This document shows, piece by piece, positions 1 through 7,358 of a DNA stretch of 13,463 nucleotides. The position numbers and the translations under genes were made by a program. Position 1 is the stretch's first letter; each line of letters starts with the position of its first letter. Location of the stretch: IMG/VR virus record IMGVR_UViG_2529292718_000021. One strand, given 5' to 3'. The stretch comes from a virus. Its lineage: Duplodnaviria; Heunggongvirae; Uroviricota; Caudoviricetes. The notes beneath the pieces were generated by a model. That model did no database searches and was not told where the DNA came from. It saw only the letters and a list, made by a program, of their open reading frames with translations.

Positions 1-1320
1 ATGAGGTTTGGGTACATTGCTTTGGGTACACCCCCTATTCAAAGTTTGGATATTCGCAAAATGCCAAAACTAACAGACATGCAGATCCGCGCATGGATTA
101 AGAGCGGAGAGCGATTCGAGGGGCGGGCAGACGGTAACGGTTTATACCTACGTTACCGTGAAGCCGACAAAACCCCCACATGGAGATTCCGCTATAAACT
201 CGCAGGGAAGTCCCGCGCCATGCTAATTGGTTCGTATAGCGAGCTATCACTATCAAAGGCCAGAGAGACAGCCAAAGAGCTGTCAGCCAGAGTTGCTCTT
301 GGCTATGACGTAGCAGCAGAGAAACAGGAACGAAAAGCTGAAGCACTGGCAAAAATGGAGGCTGAGAAAAACGCCATGCGTGTTTCAGATCTGGCCTCCG
401 AATACTTCGAGCGCCAGATACTTCCGAGATGGAAACATCCCGATATCCTTCGCCGGAGAATTGATAAGGATATTAACCCCTGCATTGGGCATATGAAGGT
501 AGAGGACGTTAAGCCACGCCACATTGACGACATGTTGAAAGGTATCGTTGACCGAGGAGCACCAACGATAGCAACAGATGTATTCCGCTGGACACGCCGT
601 ATCTTTGACTACGGGATAAAACGCCACGCTCTGGAGATAAACCCTTGTTCAGCGTTTGAAGTATCTGATGCTGGTGGTAAAGAGGTTTCCCGCGACCGTT
701 GGCTAACTCGCGATGAGCTTATCAGGCTATTCGAGGCTATGCGCACCGCAAAAGGATTCAGCCGCCAGAACGAACTGACATTTAAGCTATTGCTGGCACT
801 ATGCGTTCGTAAGATGGAGTTATGCGCCGCACGATGGGAAGAGTTTGATTTAGATGGTGCGGTATGGCATTTGCCGGAAGAACGCAGCAAAAACGGAGAC
901 CCTATTGATATACCTCTACCTTCTCCAGCCGTTGAATGGTTGAGAGAACTACACACCTTTTCATGTAATAGCGCATGGGTGCTTCCAGCCAGGAAGATGC
1001 AAAACAGAATGATCCCACATATTCAGGAAAGCACTTTGCCCGTAGCACTGGCTAAGGTTCGCGCCGAAATGCCGGATGTGCCTAATTTCACGATTCACGA
1101 CTTCCGACGCACCGCACGTACTCATTTAGCAGCGTTGGGCGTTGATCCGGTAGTCGCAGAAAGATGCCTTAATCACAAAATTAAAGGTGTGGAGGGTATC
1201 TATAACCGTCACCAGTATTTTGATGAGCGTAAAGCGGCGCTGGCGCAGTGGTGTGATTTGCTGGTGGCACTGGAGCGCGGCGAAGAATACAACGTGACGC
1301 CTATCAGAAAGGCAAAGTAA
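1..1320 (+). CDS. int: Tyrosine recombinase / phage integrase, P4-like family. True start may be an internal ATG at 61 or 79.
   Basis: 439-codon ORF. C-terminal catalytic region carries the HDFRRT box and a conserved Tyr in GIYNRHQY, typical of tyrosine recombinases; N-terminal MQIRAWIK...GLYLRY...TWRFRY matches the arm-binding domain of P4-type integrases. Confidence 0.9.
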   Translation: MRFGYIALGTPPIQSLDIRKMPKLTDMQIRAWIKSGERFEGRADGNGLYLRYREADKTPTWRFRYKLAGKSRAMLIGSYSELSLSKARETAKELSARVALGYDVAAEKQERKAEALAKMEAEKNAMRVSDLASEYFERQILPRWKHPDILRRRIDKDINPCIGHMKVEDVKPRHIDDMLKGIVDRGAPTIATDVFRWTRRIFDYGIKRHALEINPCSAFEVSDAGGKEVSRDRWLTRDELIRLFEAMRTAKGFSRQNELTFKLLLALCVRKMELCAARWEEFDLDGAVWHLPEERSKNGDPIDIPLPSPAVEWLRELHTFSCNSAWVLPARKMQNRMIPHIQESTLPVALAKVRAEMPDVPNFTIHDFRRTARTHLAALGVDPVVAERCLNHKIKGVEGIYNRHQYFDERKAALAQWCDLLVALERGEEYNVTPIRKAK

Positions 1321-1327
1321 CCGAACA

Positions 1328-1383
1328 GACCGGAACTAGCCCGACGGGGCGAAAAGCGGAAAGCCTTACCGCCTGTTCCGGTC
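1328..1383 (+). repeat. Inverted repeat GACCGGAAC / GTTCCGGTC with a GC-rich structured spacer, just downstream of the int stop. Possible terminator or regulatory hairpin.
   Basis: 9-bp perfectly complementary arms at 1328-1336 and 1375-1383, read directly from the sequence. Confidence 0.3.
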
Positions 1384-1413
1384 ACTCTTTAAGGCAGCGC
1401 GAAAGGTTACGCT

Positions 1414-2295
1414 ATGAGCAAATTGTTCCAGTTCAAAAGTTGGTTGACCATAGAGGAAACCGCAAACAGGTTAAGCACAACACTCGGTGAAAGGGTATCT
1501 GTAGCCGATTGCCTGCAATTGGCTGTAGAAGGCCACATTACAATTTCAGCGATATTGGACGAAGGCCGTTACGCTATCGCTGCTCAAGTCATCAAAAACT
1601 CGCAACGAAGAGTTTTTGAAAAGTGGATTGTTGAAAATACTAACGAAGGTGCGGTAATTAGAACTCCTGCCGGTGATGAATTCTATACCAATGAACAATT
1701 GGATTATGAATACGAAGATATAGAAAGAGTCAGTGATGTTTTTCGTATTAATCATGGCATATACGATCTACCGATGGTTGGGGCTGAATCTTTAGATGTT
1801 ATGCACGAGTTTGACCTTTCACGCGACAAGGTTCCCCGTGAATTTCACAACATGGAAGGTGCTTTCCTCTTAACAGAATTTGGTCTGGTGAATATTCTGA
1901 ACGCGTTCAATGAATATGCCATCAAGTCAGATGAAAATGGCAAACCTAAACTGTACGACAAAGAATCACAGAGGTTTGTTGACTTTAGCCTCGATGGTTA
2001 TCATCCCTTTTTCTATCCTGCTGATGGGCTGGGTAATGTCGAGTTCGTATTCAGAAAAGAAAATATTGCAGAATTTGAAAAGAAAACACTCAGTGATAAC
2101 AACAGTCTCCTGAACCTCGATGAAAGCCTTTTACTGCTTGGCGCGGTGCTCAACGCTTTAAAGAAAGCCGAACCAACTTCTAAAAGGTGGACACAAGAAG
2201 CCCTCAAAGCAGAAATGCTGGATAGGGGTTTAAAATTAAGCTCCCGCTTACTGGATGAATATTTCTCATCAGCTAACAAATCTTTTAAATCATAA
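1414..2295 (+). CDS. Hypothetical protein (293 aa), AT-rich cargo gene between int and alpA. N-terminal 40 residues look like a helix-turn-helix.
   Basis: Long ORF with a plausible RBS (AAAGG about 8 nt upstream). Visibly lower GC than neighbours. No catalytic motif recognised by eye. Confidence 0.75.
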   Translation: MSKLFQFKSWLTIEETANRLSTTLGERVSVADCLQLAVEGHITISAILDEGRYAIAAQVIKNSQRRVFEKWIVENTNEGAVIRTPAGDEFYTNEQLDYEYEDIERVSDVFRINHGIYDLPMVGAESLDVMHEFDLSRDKVPREFHNMEGAFLLTEFGLVNILNAFNEYAIKSDENGKPKLYDKESQRFVDFSLDGYHPFFYPADGLGNVEFVFRKENIAEFEKKTLSDNNSLLNLDESLLLLGAVLNALKKAEPTSKRWTQEALKAEMLDRGLKLSSRLLDEYFSSANKSFKS

Positions 2296-2303
2296 AGATA
2301 ATT

Positions 2304-2332
2304 TCGCAACGAAAATCCATTTTTCGTTGCGA
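2304..2332. repeat. Perfect 12-bp inverted repeat (TCGCAACGAAAA / TTTTCGTTGCGA) with a 5-nt loop, between the cargo gene and alpA. Putative terminator or operator.
   Basis: Arms at 2304-2315 and 2321-2332 are exact reverse complements; located 8 nt after the stop of the 293-aa gene. Confidence 0.6.
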
Positions 2333-2400
2333 TGACATCTAATCCCCCTGCTCACATGATTACCGTAACTTCAACAGCTATCACAGGAGTTACAGGACAT

Positions 2401-2619
2401 ATGACAGCACATAACGCAGCGCAATCAGCACTTCCTACTACTGGATACATCCGCCGTTTTCGTATGCCGGAACTTCTGGGTGTTTCCATGCCAACCATTG
2501 ACCGCTGGGTTAAGAACGGCACGCTGCCGCGCCCAGTGAAACTCACCGATAACGTGACCGCCTTTGATGCGGTAGAGATTAATAACTGGCTGGCTGAGCG
2601 CCGGGGAAAGGTGGCGTAA
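2401..2619 (+). CDS. alpA: AlpA-family phage regulatory protein (excisionase-like HTH). Upstream in-frame starts at 2332 or 2356 are possible.
   Basis: Motif IRRFRMPELLGVSMPTIDRWVKNGTLPRPVKL...EINNWL matches the AlpA/Vis HTH pattern (E. coli AlpA: LRLPAV...TIYDWL...FPKP...W.E.EI.EWL). Position directly after int and a cargo gene is typical. Confidence 0.8.
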   Translation: MTAHNAAQSALPTTGYIRRFRMPELLGVSMPTIDRWVKNGTLPRPVKLTDNVTAFDAVEINNWLAERRGKVA

Positions 2620-3053
2620 TGAAAAAGAAAAACCGCCCCGTACAGCAGGCGGCTAACTCAGATATTCGCACGTCTGATATTACGCCGACCACCAGCCCGG
2701 TACAAGTACCTAAGCGTACCCCAAAGAAACACCGCGCCCGCGTCTATATGCTGCGTACTGGTATAGAGGGATGGACAGAAAATGACATTCTTCGCTACTG
2801 CCGTCTGTCTTCTGGTCGTAACTATGCAACAGAGTTAGAACGCCAGCTTGGAATCACTCTGGAGCGTATCGACGAAAAGAATCCTGATGGTATCGGAACA
2901 CACCTTCGCTACCGTTTCTCCTGCCGTGGTGATGTTCTGAAAGTGATCACTCATGTTAACCATCTTGCGAACATAAATGATCACAACGGACTTTCTCAGC
3001 AGGAAATTGCCGACATTCTGAAACTCTACCCGGACGCGTTTAACGCCGCCTAA
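2619..3053 (+). CDS. Hypothetical protein (144 aa), translationally coupled to alpA (TAATG overlap).
   Basis: ORF with SD-like AAGGTGG upstream; basic N-terminus; no family recognised by eye. Confidence 0.7.
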   Translation: MKKKNRPVQQAANSDIRTSDITPTTSPVQVPKRTPKKHRARVYMLRTGIEGWTENDILRYCRLSSGRNYATELERQLGITLERIDEKNPDGIGTHLRYRFSCRGDVLKVITHVNHLANINDHNGLSQQEIADILKLYPDAFNAA

Positions 3054-3065
3054 CGGAGACTGAAA

Positions 3066-3899
3066 ATGAACATCGAAAAAAGCAGATTAATTTCTGAGGC
3101 TGCCCCTCATCTGAACGCCTCTCTGGGCACAATTAACGGTAATGAATTTGCCGCAATTGTCCCGGTTATTCCTGGTCATATCGGTGGGCGTGAAACCAAT
3201 ATTGTTAGCGCAAAAGCGTTACACAAAGCGTTGGGCGTGGGAAAAGACTTCTCTACATGGATCACTGATCGCATCTCTGAATATGACTTCACCATTGGGC
3301 ACGATTACTCAGTCCATAAAACAATTTCCCCAAATTTGGGGAAAAGCCCGAATGGCGCGGCTTACAGCAAGATAAAGCACTCTGGCAGACCCGGCAAAGA
3401 CTATCTGTTAAGTGTCGGAATGGCGAAAGAACTGGCAATGATCGAACGCAATGATCAGGGTCGCGCTATCCGCCGTTATTTCATCCAGTGCGAGGAAGAA
3501 TTACAGCGTACCGTGCCTGAAATCGCCGCCCGCTATCGTCGCCAGCTAAAAGCCCGTATCAGTGCCGCAAACAACTTTAAGCCAATGTGCGATGCGCTGA
3601 ATATGGCCCGTGCCGAGCAGGGGAAAACGACGCAGCAACACCACTACACAAACGAGAGCAATATGATTTCTCGTATCGTTCTTGGTGGGCTAACTGCCAA
3701 GCAGTGGGCGCGGATAAATGGCTATTCTGGCGAACCTCGCGACCATATGAACGCAGAACAGCTTGAGCACCTCTCATATCTCGAAAGCACCAATATCACG
3801 TTAATTGATATGGGCATGGAATATGAGCAGCGCAAAGGAGAACTCACCCGCCTGTCGCAACGCTGGCTCGCCAAGCGTCTGGAGGTAGTCAATGTCTAA
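3066..3899 (+). CDS. Phage antirepressor (AntA/P22 Ant-like N-terminal domain, KilAC-type C-terminal region).
   Basis: N-terminal SAKALHKALGVGKDFSTWITDRISEYDFTIGHDY matches the AntA antirepressor signature; length 277 aa; RBS GGAGA upstream. Confidence 0.8.
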   Translation: MNIEKSRLISEAAPHLNASLGTINGNEFAAIVPVIPGHIGGRETNIVSAKALHKALGVGKDFSTWITDRISEYDFTIGHDYSVHKTISPNLGKSPNGAAYSKIKHSGRPGKDYLLSVGMAKELAMIERNDQGRAIRRYFIQCEEELQRTVPEIAARYRRQLKARISAANNFKPMCDALNMARAEQGKTTQQHHYTNESNMISRIVLGGLTAKQWARINGYSGEPRDHMNAEQLEHLSYLESTNITLIDMGMEYEQRKGELTRLSQRWLAKRLEVVNV

Positions 3900-4074
3900 G
3901 CCAACAGGAACACCACAACCACAAAAACGCTACAAAGATGCCCACGGAGCACTCGTTACTGTCGAAAGCGTGTCTCACAACCGAGTGACGTTTTATCGCG
4001 ACGGGTATCAATCGCCATGCGTACAACCGCTGGCACGTTTCATGAAGGAGTTCGCGGAGGTTAACAAATGCTAA
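3892..4074 (+). CDS. DUF4222-like small prophage protein (60 aa), start overlapping the antirepressor stop.
   Basis: Translation ...HGALVTVESVSHNRVTFYRDGYQSPCVQPLARF... fits the DUF4222 pattern as remembered; translational coupling. Confidence 0.6.
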   Translation: MSKPTGTPQPQKRYKDAHGALVTVESVSHNRVTFYRDGYQSPCVQPLARFMKEFAEVNKC

Positions 4075-4505
4075 CCGTCCAGAAGAAGACATTTTCACTG
4101 GCAGGTATGTCGCCAAAATCCAGCAATATGACGGCAAAGTCAGGCATTAATACAGCAGATACAAGCAAAGTTTATCATTTGCTGGTGGTCGGAACGGATG
4201 CCTTAACCATACCAGAAATCTCGGGCGATGATATTAGCATTGAGAAGGTCAGCGGCTGCGCCAGAAAATTTCTGGTCGTAGATGATGTCTTCCGCTCGTG
4301 TAGTGACTCCACAAAAACATTCGTCCACGTGCGTGACGTTAACGAAATGAGCGCGATGTACTGTGCATCTGGTGCTTCCAATACTGAGTTTTCGGAGTCC
4401 ATAAAAAAGAGCTTGCCGTTATGCGGCAACACGGTTTATGGTTATAAGGCACCTCATAAAACGGGTGCCGGGATTAGGACCCCGCAGGCAATCGAGGCGA
4501 TACAT

Positions 4506-4526
4506 GACGCGCCAGCGTCTTTTTTT
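4506..4526 (+). terminator. Candidate intrinsic terminator inside the immunity-like leader upstream of the Icd-like gene.
   Basis: Stem GACGC (4506-4510) / GCGTC (4515-4519), loop GCCA, followed by seven T at 4520-4526. Confidence 0.4.
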
Positions 4527-4534
4527 GTATCGGC

Positions 4535-4665
4535 GCACACGCACACCTTATCAATGGTGGGCTGTATGGGGCTGACTTCGGTCAGGCTGGTTTCCTTGAT
4601 TGCCAGTAGTCCTAACCCTGTACAGTCCACCGCCAGCGAGCTTAGGACCTCCGGCGGTGGCTATA
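4535..4665 (+). ncRNA. Candidate structured leader / antisense-RNA-type immunity element (C4/CI-like), tentative.
   Basis: UUCG-tetraloop hairpin CTGAC-TTCG-GTCAG at 4572-4585; 8-bp complementary pair CCACCGCC (4627-4634) / GGCGGTGG (4653-4660) immediately before the Icd-like RBS. In P1 and P4 the icd/immunity genes are preceded by a processed antisense RNA. Coordinates approximate. Confidence 0.25.
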
Positions 4666-4690
4666 AACCATCAATCAAGGAGGCTGCCAC

Positions 4691-4885
4691 ATGCTGGCTA
4701 CTACCCCTACCCAAAAACCGCAATTTATCTGGATTATCGCCGCAGTTCGCCGCGATTGCCCGACAATTACCGCCAAAATTCATCATATTGCTGCCGAGTC
4801 TGAACGCGATGCTCGCCGTTCTCTGGTGCGCGATCACGTCTGCTTTTTTGCTGGTCGTATCCGCATGGAGGTGGCACATGATTAA
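4691..4885 (+). CDS. icd: Host cell division inhibitor Icd-like protein (64 aa).
   Basis: Perfect SD AAGGAGG 7 nt upstream; translation QFIWIIAAVRR...ESERDARRSLV..FFAGRI fits the Icd-like pattern (F.W...A.RR...ARR.L...FAAR) as remembered. Confidence 0.75.
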   Translation: MLATTPTQKPQFIWIIAAVRRDCPTITAKIHHIAAESERDARRSLVRDHVCFFAGRIRMEVAHD

Positions 4886-5096
4886 AACCTACGATGTGCA
4901 TATGGATCCCCTCGAACGCACAAGCCAGATCATCACACTGACAGAAGTGATTAACGACATTCTGGTGAGCAACTCTCCCTCACGAGACGAAAGACTGAAG
5001 GCGTTACTCGCGATATTGGATCTCGCCGTTCGTGACGTTCATTTCCTGCTGGAAGGTGGCGAAATGCCAGTAAAAACGGGGGCAACCAATGAATAA
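4878..5096 (+). CDS. Hypothetical small protein (72 aa), overlapping the icd stop by 8 nt.
   Basis: SD GGAGGTGG upstream of ATG 4878; helical, protein-like translation. Confidence 0.6.
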   Translation: MIKTYDVHMDPLERTSQIITLTEVINDILVSNSPSRDERLKALLAILDLAVRDVHFLLEGGEMPVKTGATNE

Positions 5097-5283
5097 CTCA
5101 ATTAATACCCCTCGCCTTACGTCCGCACTTCAATTAATCGAGCAAGCAGCGGCTGTCCTGGTTGCTGTCAGTCTTTCGGCTGAAGAAATGGACGCTGCTG
5201 ATGTCGTGGATGCGATTAAAGCGTGCTCATCTTTGGTTAACGATGCCCGTGCAGAGCTGGTAATTCTTGGTGGTGAAAAATGA
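5089..5283 (+). CDS. Hypothetical small protein (64 aa), translationally coupled.
   Basis: Start overlaps the preceding stop; G-rich SD-like tract upstream. Confidence 0.6.
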   Translation: MNNSINTPRLTSALQLIEQAAAVLVAVSLSAEEMDAADVVDAIKACSSLVNDARAELVILGGEK

Positions 5284-5543
5284 ATATCAACTTAATTTAT
5301 CGTCATCCGTGTGAGCTGGAAATTGAATCATTGCTGGGGCGTGAAGAGCCATATCCAGACACATTTACTCCCGCAGATTGCGCGACTGAACGGCTTACCA
5401 GAGCGCGCACAGGTCTGGTTCATGTGATGAATGAGATTATTCCCTCGGTGGGAGGGGAACAGGCGACAGTAATCAATAGCTGGCTACAAAAAGTTACCTC
5501 CCTGATAGATATCAGTTTAATCGATGTGGAGAGTGCGAAATGA
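5280..5543 (+). CDS. Hypothetical small protein (87 aa), ATGA start/stop overlap.
   Basis: SD GGTGGTG upstream; coupled to neighbours. Confidence 0.65.
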   Translation: MNINLIYRHPCELEIESLLGREEPYPDTFTPADCATERLTRARTGLVHVMNEIIPSVGGEQATVINSWLQKVTSLIDISLIDVESAK

Positions 5544-5761
5544 CCAACATCCAGCTCATTGAAGCGCAATGTCGCATCGAACAGGTTCAGACTGTTTTAG
5601 GGTTCTGGCTTGAAGGGGCCGGCTCAAGCAACAGAGACAAGTTAATGATTGGCGCGGTTATGTCACTACTCAATGGCGTACCAGAAGCTATTCAGGAAGC
5701 GGACGAATTGTTGGGCAAATATGAGTTACAGAATCATTCAGGCGAGGCGAAACATGAATAA
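5540..5761 (+). CDS. Hypothetical small protein (73 aa), ATGA overlap.
   Basis: SD GGAGAG upstream; coupled to neighbours. Confidence 0.65.
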   Translation: MTNIQLIEAQCRIEQVQTVLGFWLEGAGSSNRDKLMIGAVMSLLNGVPEAIQEADELLGKYELQNHSGEAKHE

Positions 5762-5839
5762 TTTCTTAACTTTCCATGCAGAAGCAACGCCTGACGGCGT
5801 AAACATCATGTATGGCAGCAGAAATCAGAGAGGTAAAAC

Positions 5840-6577
5840 ATGAACAATAACTATTGCATACTGCAGGGAATGACCAGAACGGAGCGCGAAGAATTAAAAA
5901 GTTTCGCTACACAGTGCGGGAATGCTGGCGACATCCAAAGTCTGGAACGCACTTTAATTATGATTGCGCACTGGATGCGCCAGGGGCAAAGAGTTTCATT
6001 TACTGAATATGCCAGCCAGTGGACAGAGGCACAGCGCGAACGGAGCGACGGTAATCACTCAACACCCGAAATGGCGAAGCAATGGCCTTTCAGTGGTAAA
6101 CGCTGTATCAGTCCCGGTGGTTCAGATTATTACCCTGCTGGTGTGGGAGATGAGCCATGTTGTGACGAGACTGAAATCCGCCACGCAGTGACAGTAATTA
6201 CCGCTGAATACCCACAATTTAACCTTGACGGACTGGCGCTCCACAACCGGAATGCGGACTGGGAAAACCCGCTTGATAACCCGTCATTTATCGTATCGGC
6301 GAAAAGCTGCCTGAGATGGATCAGAGACAACGGGATGAGTAATGCCCAGATTGAGAGCTTCCCGCAGGATAACCCCACATCTGACACGTTGAAGCATGAA
6401 GTGGAGCGATATAACCAGATAAACCACCAGCACAGTGATCACCCGCACTATATCCCCAACGGAGCATTTATTGCGGCGATGGTGGCAAGCGGCTACAAGG
6501 TTAAGCCAGCGGGAAGAATGAACGCATTTTTCAATATTTCAAAAAAGGGATTATGTGCTGCTATGGGTAAAAATTAA
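5840..6577 (+). CDS. Hypothetical protein (245 aa), last gene of the small-gene operon; sits immediately upstream of an iteron-like repeat cluster.
   Basis: SD GAGAGGT upstream; long ORF; family not recognised by eye. Confidence 0.75.
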   Translation: MNNNYCILQGMTRTEREELKSFATQCGNAGDIQSLERTLIMIAHWMRQGQRVSFTEYASQWTEAQRERSDGNHSTPEMAKQWPFSGKRCISPGGSDYYPAGVGDEPCCDETEIRHAVTVITAEYPQFNLDGLALHNRNADWENPLDNPSFIVSAKSCLRWIRDNGMSNAQIESFPQDNPTSDTLKHEVERYNQINHQHSDHPHYIPNGAFIAAMVASGYKVKPAGRMNAFFNISKKGLCAAMGKN

Positions 6578-6582
6578 ATAAA

Positions 6583-6686
6583 TGGTACAGGTCTGTACAG
6601 GTGGGGAGAGGTCATTTTTACCCACCTGTACCACCTGCAGGCCGCGCCACACAAGGGTTTGTGACATGGTGGTACAGGTGGTACAG
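6583..6686. repeat. Iteron-like cluster of GGTACAGG(TGG) motifs in direct and inverted orientation; candidate origin or operator array.
   Basis: Copies at 6584-6591, 6594-6604, 6622-6631 (inverted, CCACCTGTAC), a degenerate one at 6633-6641, and 6671-6686 (two overlapping). All in non-coding DNA just after the 245-aa gene stop. Confidence 0.6.
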
Positions 6687-6840
6687 CAAAAACAGCGATT
6701 TTCTTTATAAGGTATGTTTTGCTCATCTGGCAGACGGAGGTATTCGCTGCGGTTTGGCACATAGCCCAGAACAGCAAAGAGTTTTACGAGACTTTTGTAA
6801 AATCCAGTGTACAAGGGCGTGACGTTTTTGAAGGTGAGCA

Positions 6841-6857
6841 CTACGAAATTTTCGTAG
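6841..6857. repeat. Perfect palindrome CTACGAAA-T-TTTCGTAG; candidate protein-binding site.
   Basis: 8-bp arms are exact reverse complements, read directly. Confidence 0.5.
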
Positions 6858-7051
6858 TTCAAAAAATAGCCTCTGAGATGTTGTTATGCCTGTTCAGCAA
6901 ACCATCCGCATAGCTGATCGCGAATCAAATTACCAATGGAGCCAGAAGCAAGGGCAGAACTGGAAAGCGCCTGCCGTGAAGAGTAATGCGACTCCATAAA
7001 TATAGTTTTTAGAGTCCATAAAAAAACTGTCAAAACCTGACATACAGAACG

Positions 7052-7084
7052 ATGCCACCAGCTACTGAACGGTGGCATTTTTTT
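7052..7084 (+). terminator. Rho-independent terminator.
   Basis: 8-bp stem ATGCCACC (7052-7059) / GGTGGCAT (7071-7078), 11-nt loop, followed by a T-run at 7079-7084. Confidence 0.7.
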
Positions 7085-7117
7085 GTGCTATTTGTTTCAT
7101 ATTTTGCAATCACAATG

Positions 7118-7146
7118 ATGAATGTTGCGTTTTATGAAACTATAAT
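7118..7146 (+). promoter_or_regulatory. Candidate sigma70 promoter for the RHH/447-aa/705-aa operon: consensus -10 TATAAT at 7141-7146 with a weak -35.
   Basis: Perfect TATAAT hexamer about 35 nt upstream of the ATG at 7181; strong SD AAGGGGGG at 7169-7176; directly downstream of a terminator. Confidence 0.35.
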
Positions 7147-7180
7147 GACTGTTGTTTTATACAGTTCTAAGGGGGGCGTT

Positions 7181-7354
7181 ATGGCTATTTCAGTAAAGCC
7201 AGTATTGATAAGTGAGAAGCAAATGGAAGCGATAAAGAAAATTCAGGAGGAGCAGCGTAAAAAATCAGAGGTAGGAGTTGCGCCAACGATCCACGAAATT
7301 GCTCGGGGATTAATGGATAAGGCGCTGGCTTACACTTTAACTGGACGTGGGTAA
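7181..7354 (+). CDS. Small protein (57 aa), putative ribbon-helix-helix-like DNA-binding protein; first gene of the operon.
   Basis: Strong RBS; N-terminal beta-strand-then-helix pattern (ISVKPVLISEKQMEAIKKI) is consistent with an RHH fold. Fold assignment is a guess. Confidence 0.55.
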   Translation: MAISVKPVLISEKQMEAIKKIQEEQRKKSEVGVAPTIHEIARGLMDKALAYTLTGRG

Positions 7355-7358
7355 ATTT

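Noticed and set aside
98-956. Minus-strand ORFs 98-352, 303-533, 385-627 and 609-956
   Set aside because: All are antisense to the well-supported integrase gene, with low-complexity translations; overlap artefacts.
4068-5096. 342-codon ORF from the six-frame track, taken as one protein
   Set aside because: It overlaps two well-supported genes in other frames (icd-like and the 72-aa gene), passes through a terminator-like hairpin plus T-run, and its translation is Ser/Thr-rich and not protein-like. Only its 5' start/RBS looks real; treated as leader or decayed sequence (see finding).
5649-6191. Alternative-frame ORFs 5649-5843 and 5964-6191
   Set aside because: Embedded in other frames of the translationally coupled small-gene operon and the 245-aa gene; no independent RBS.
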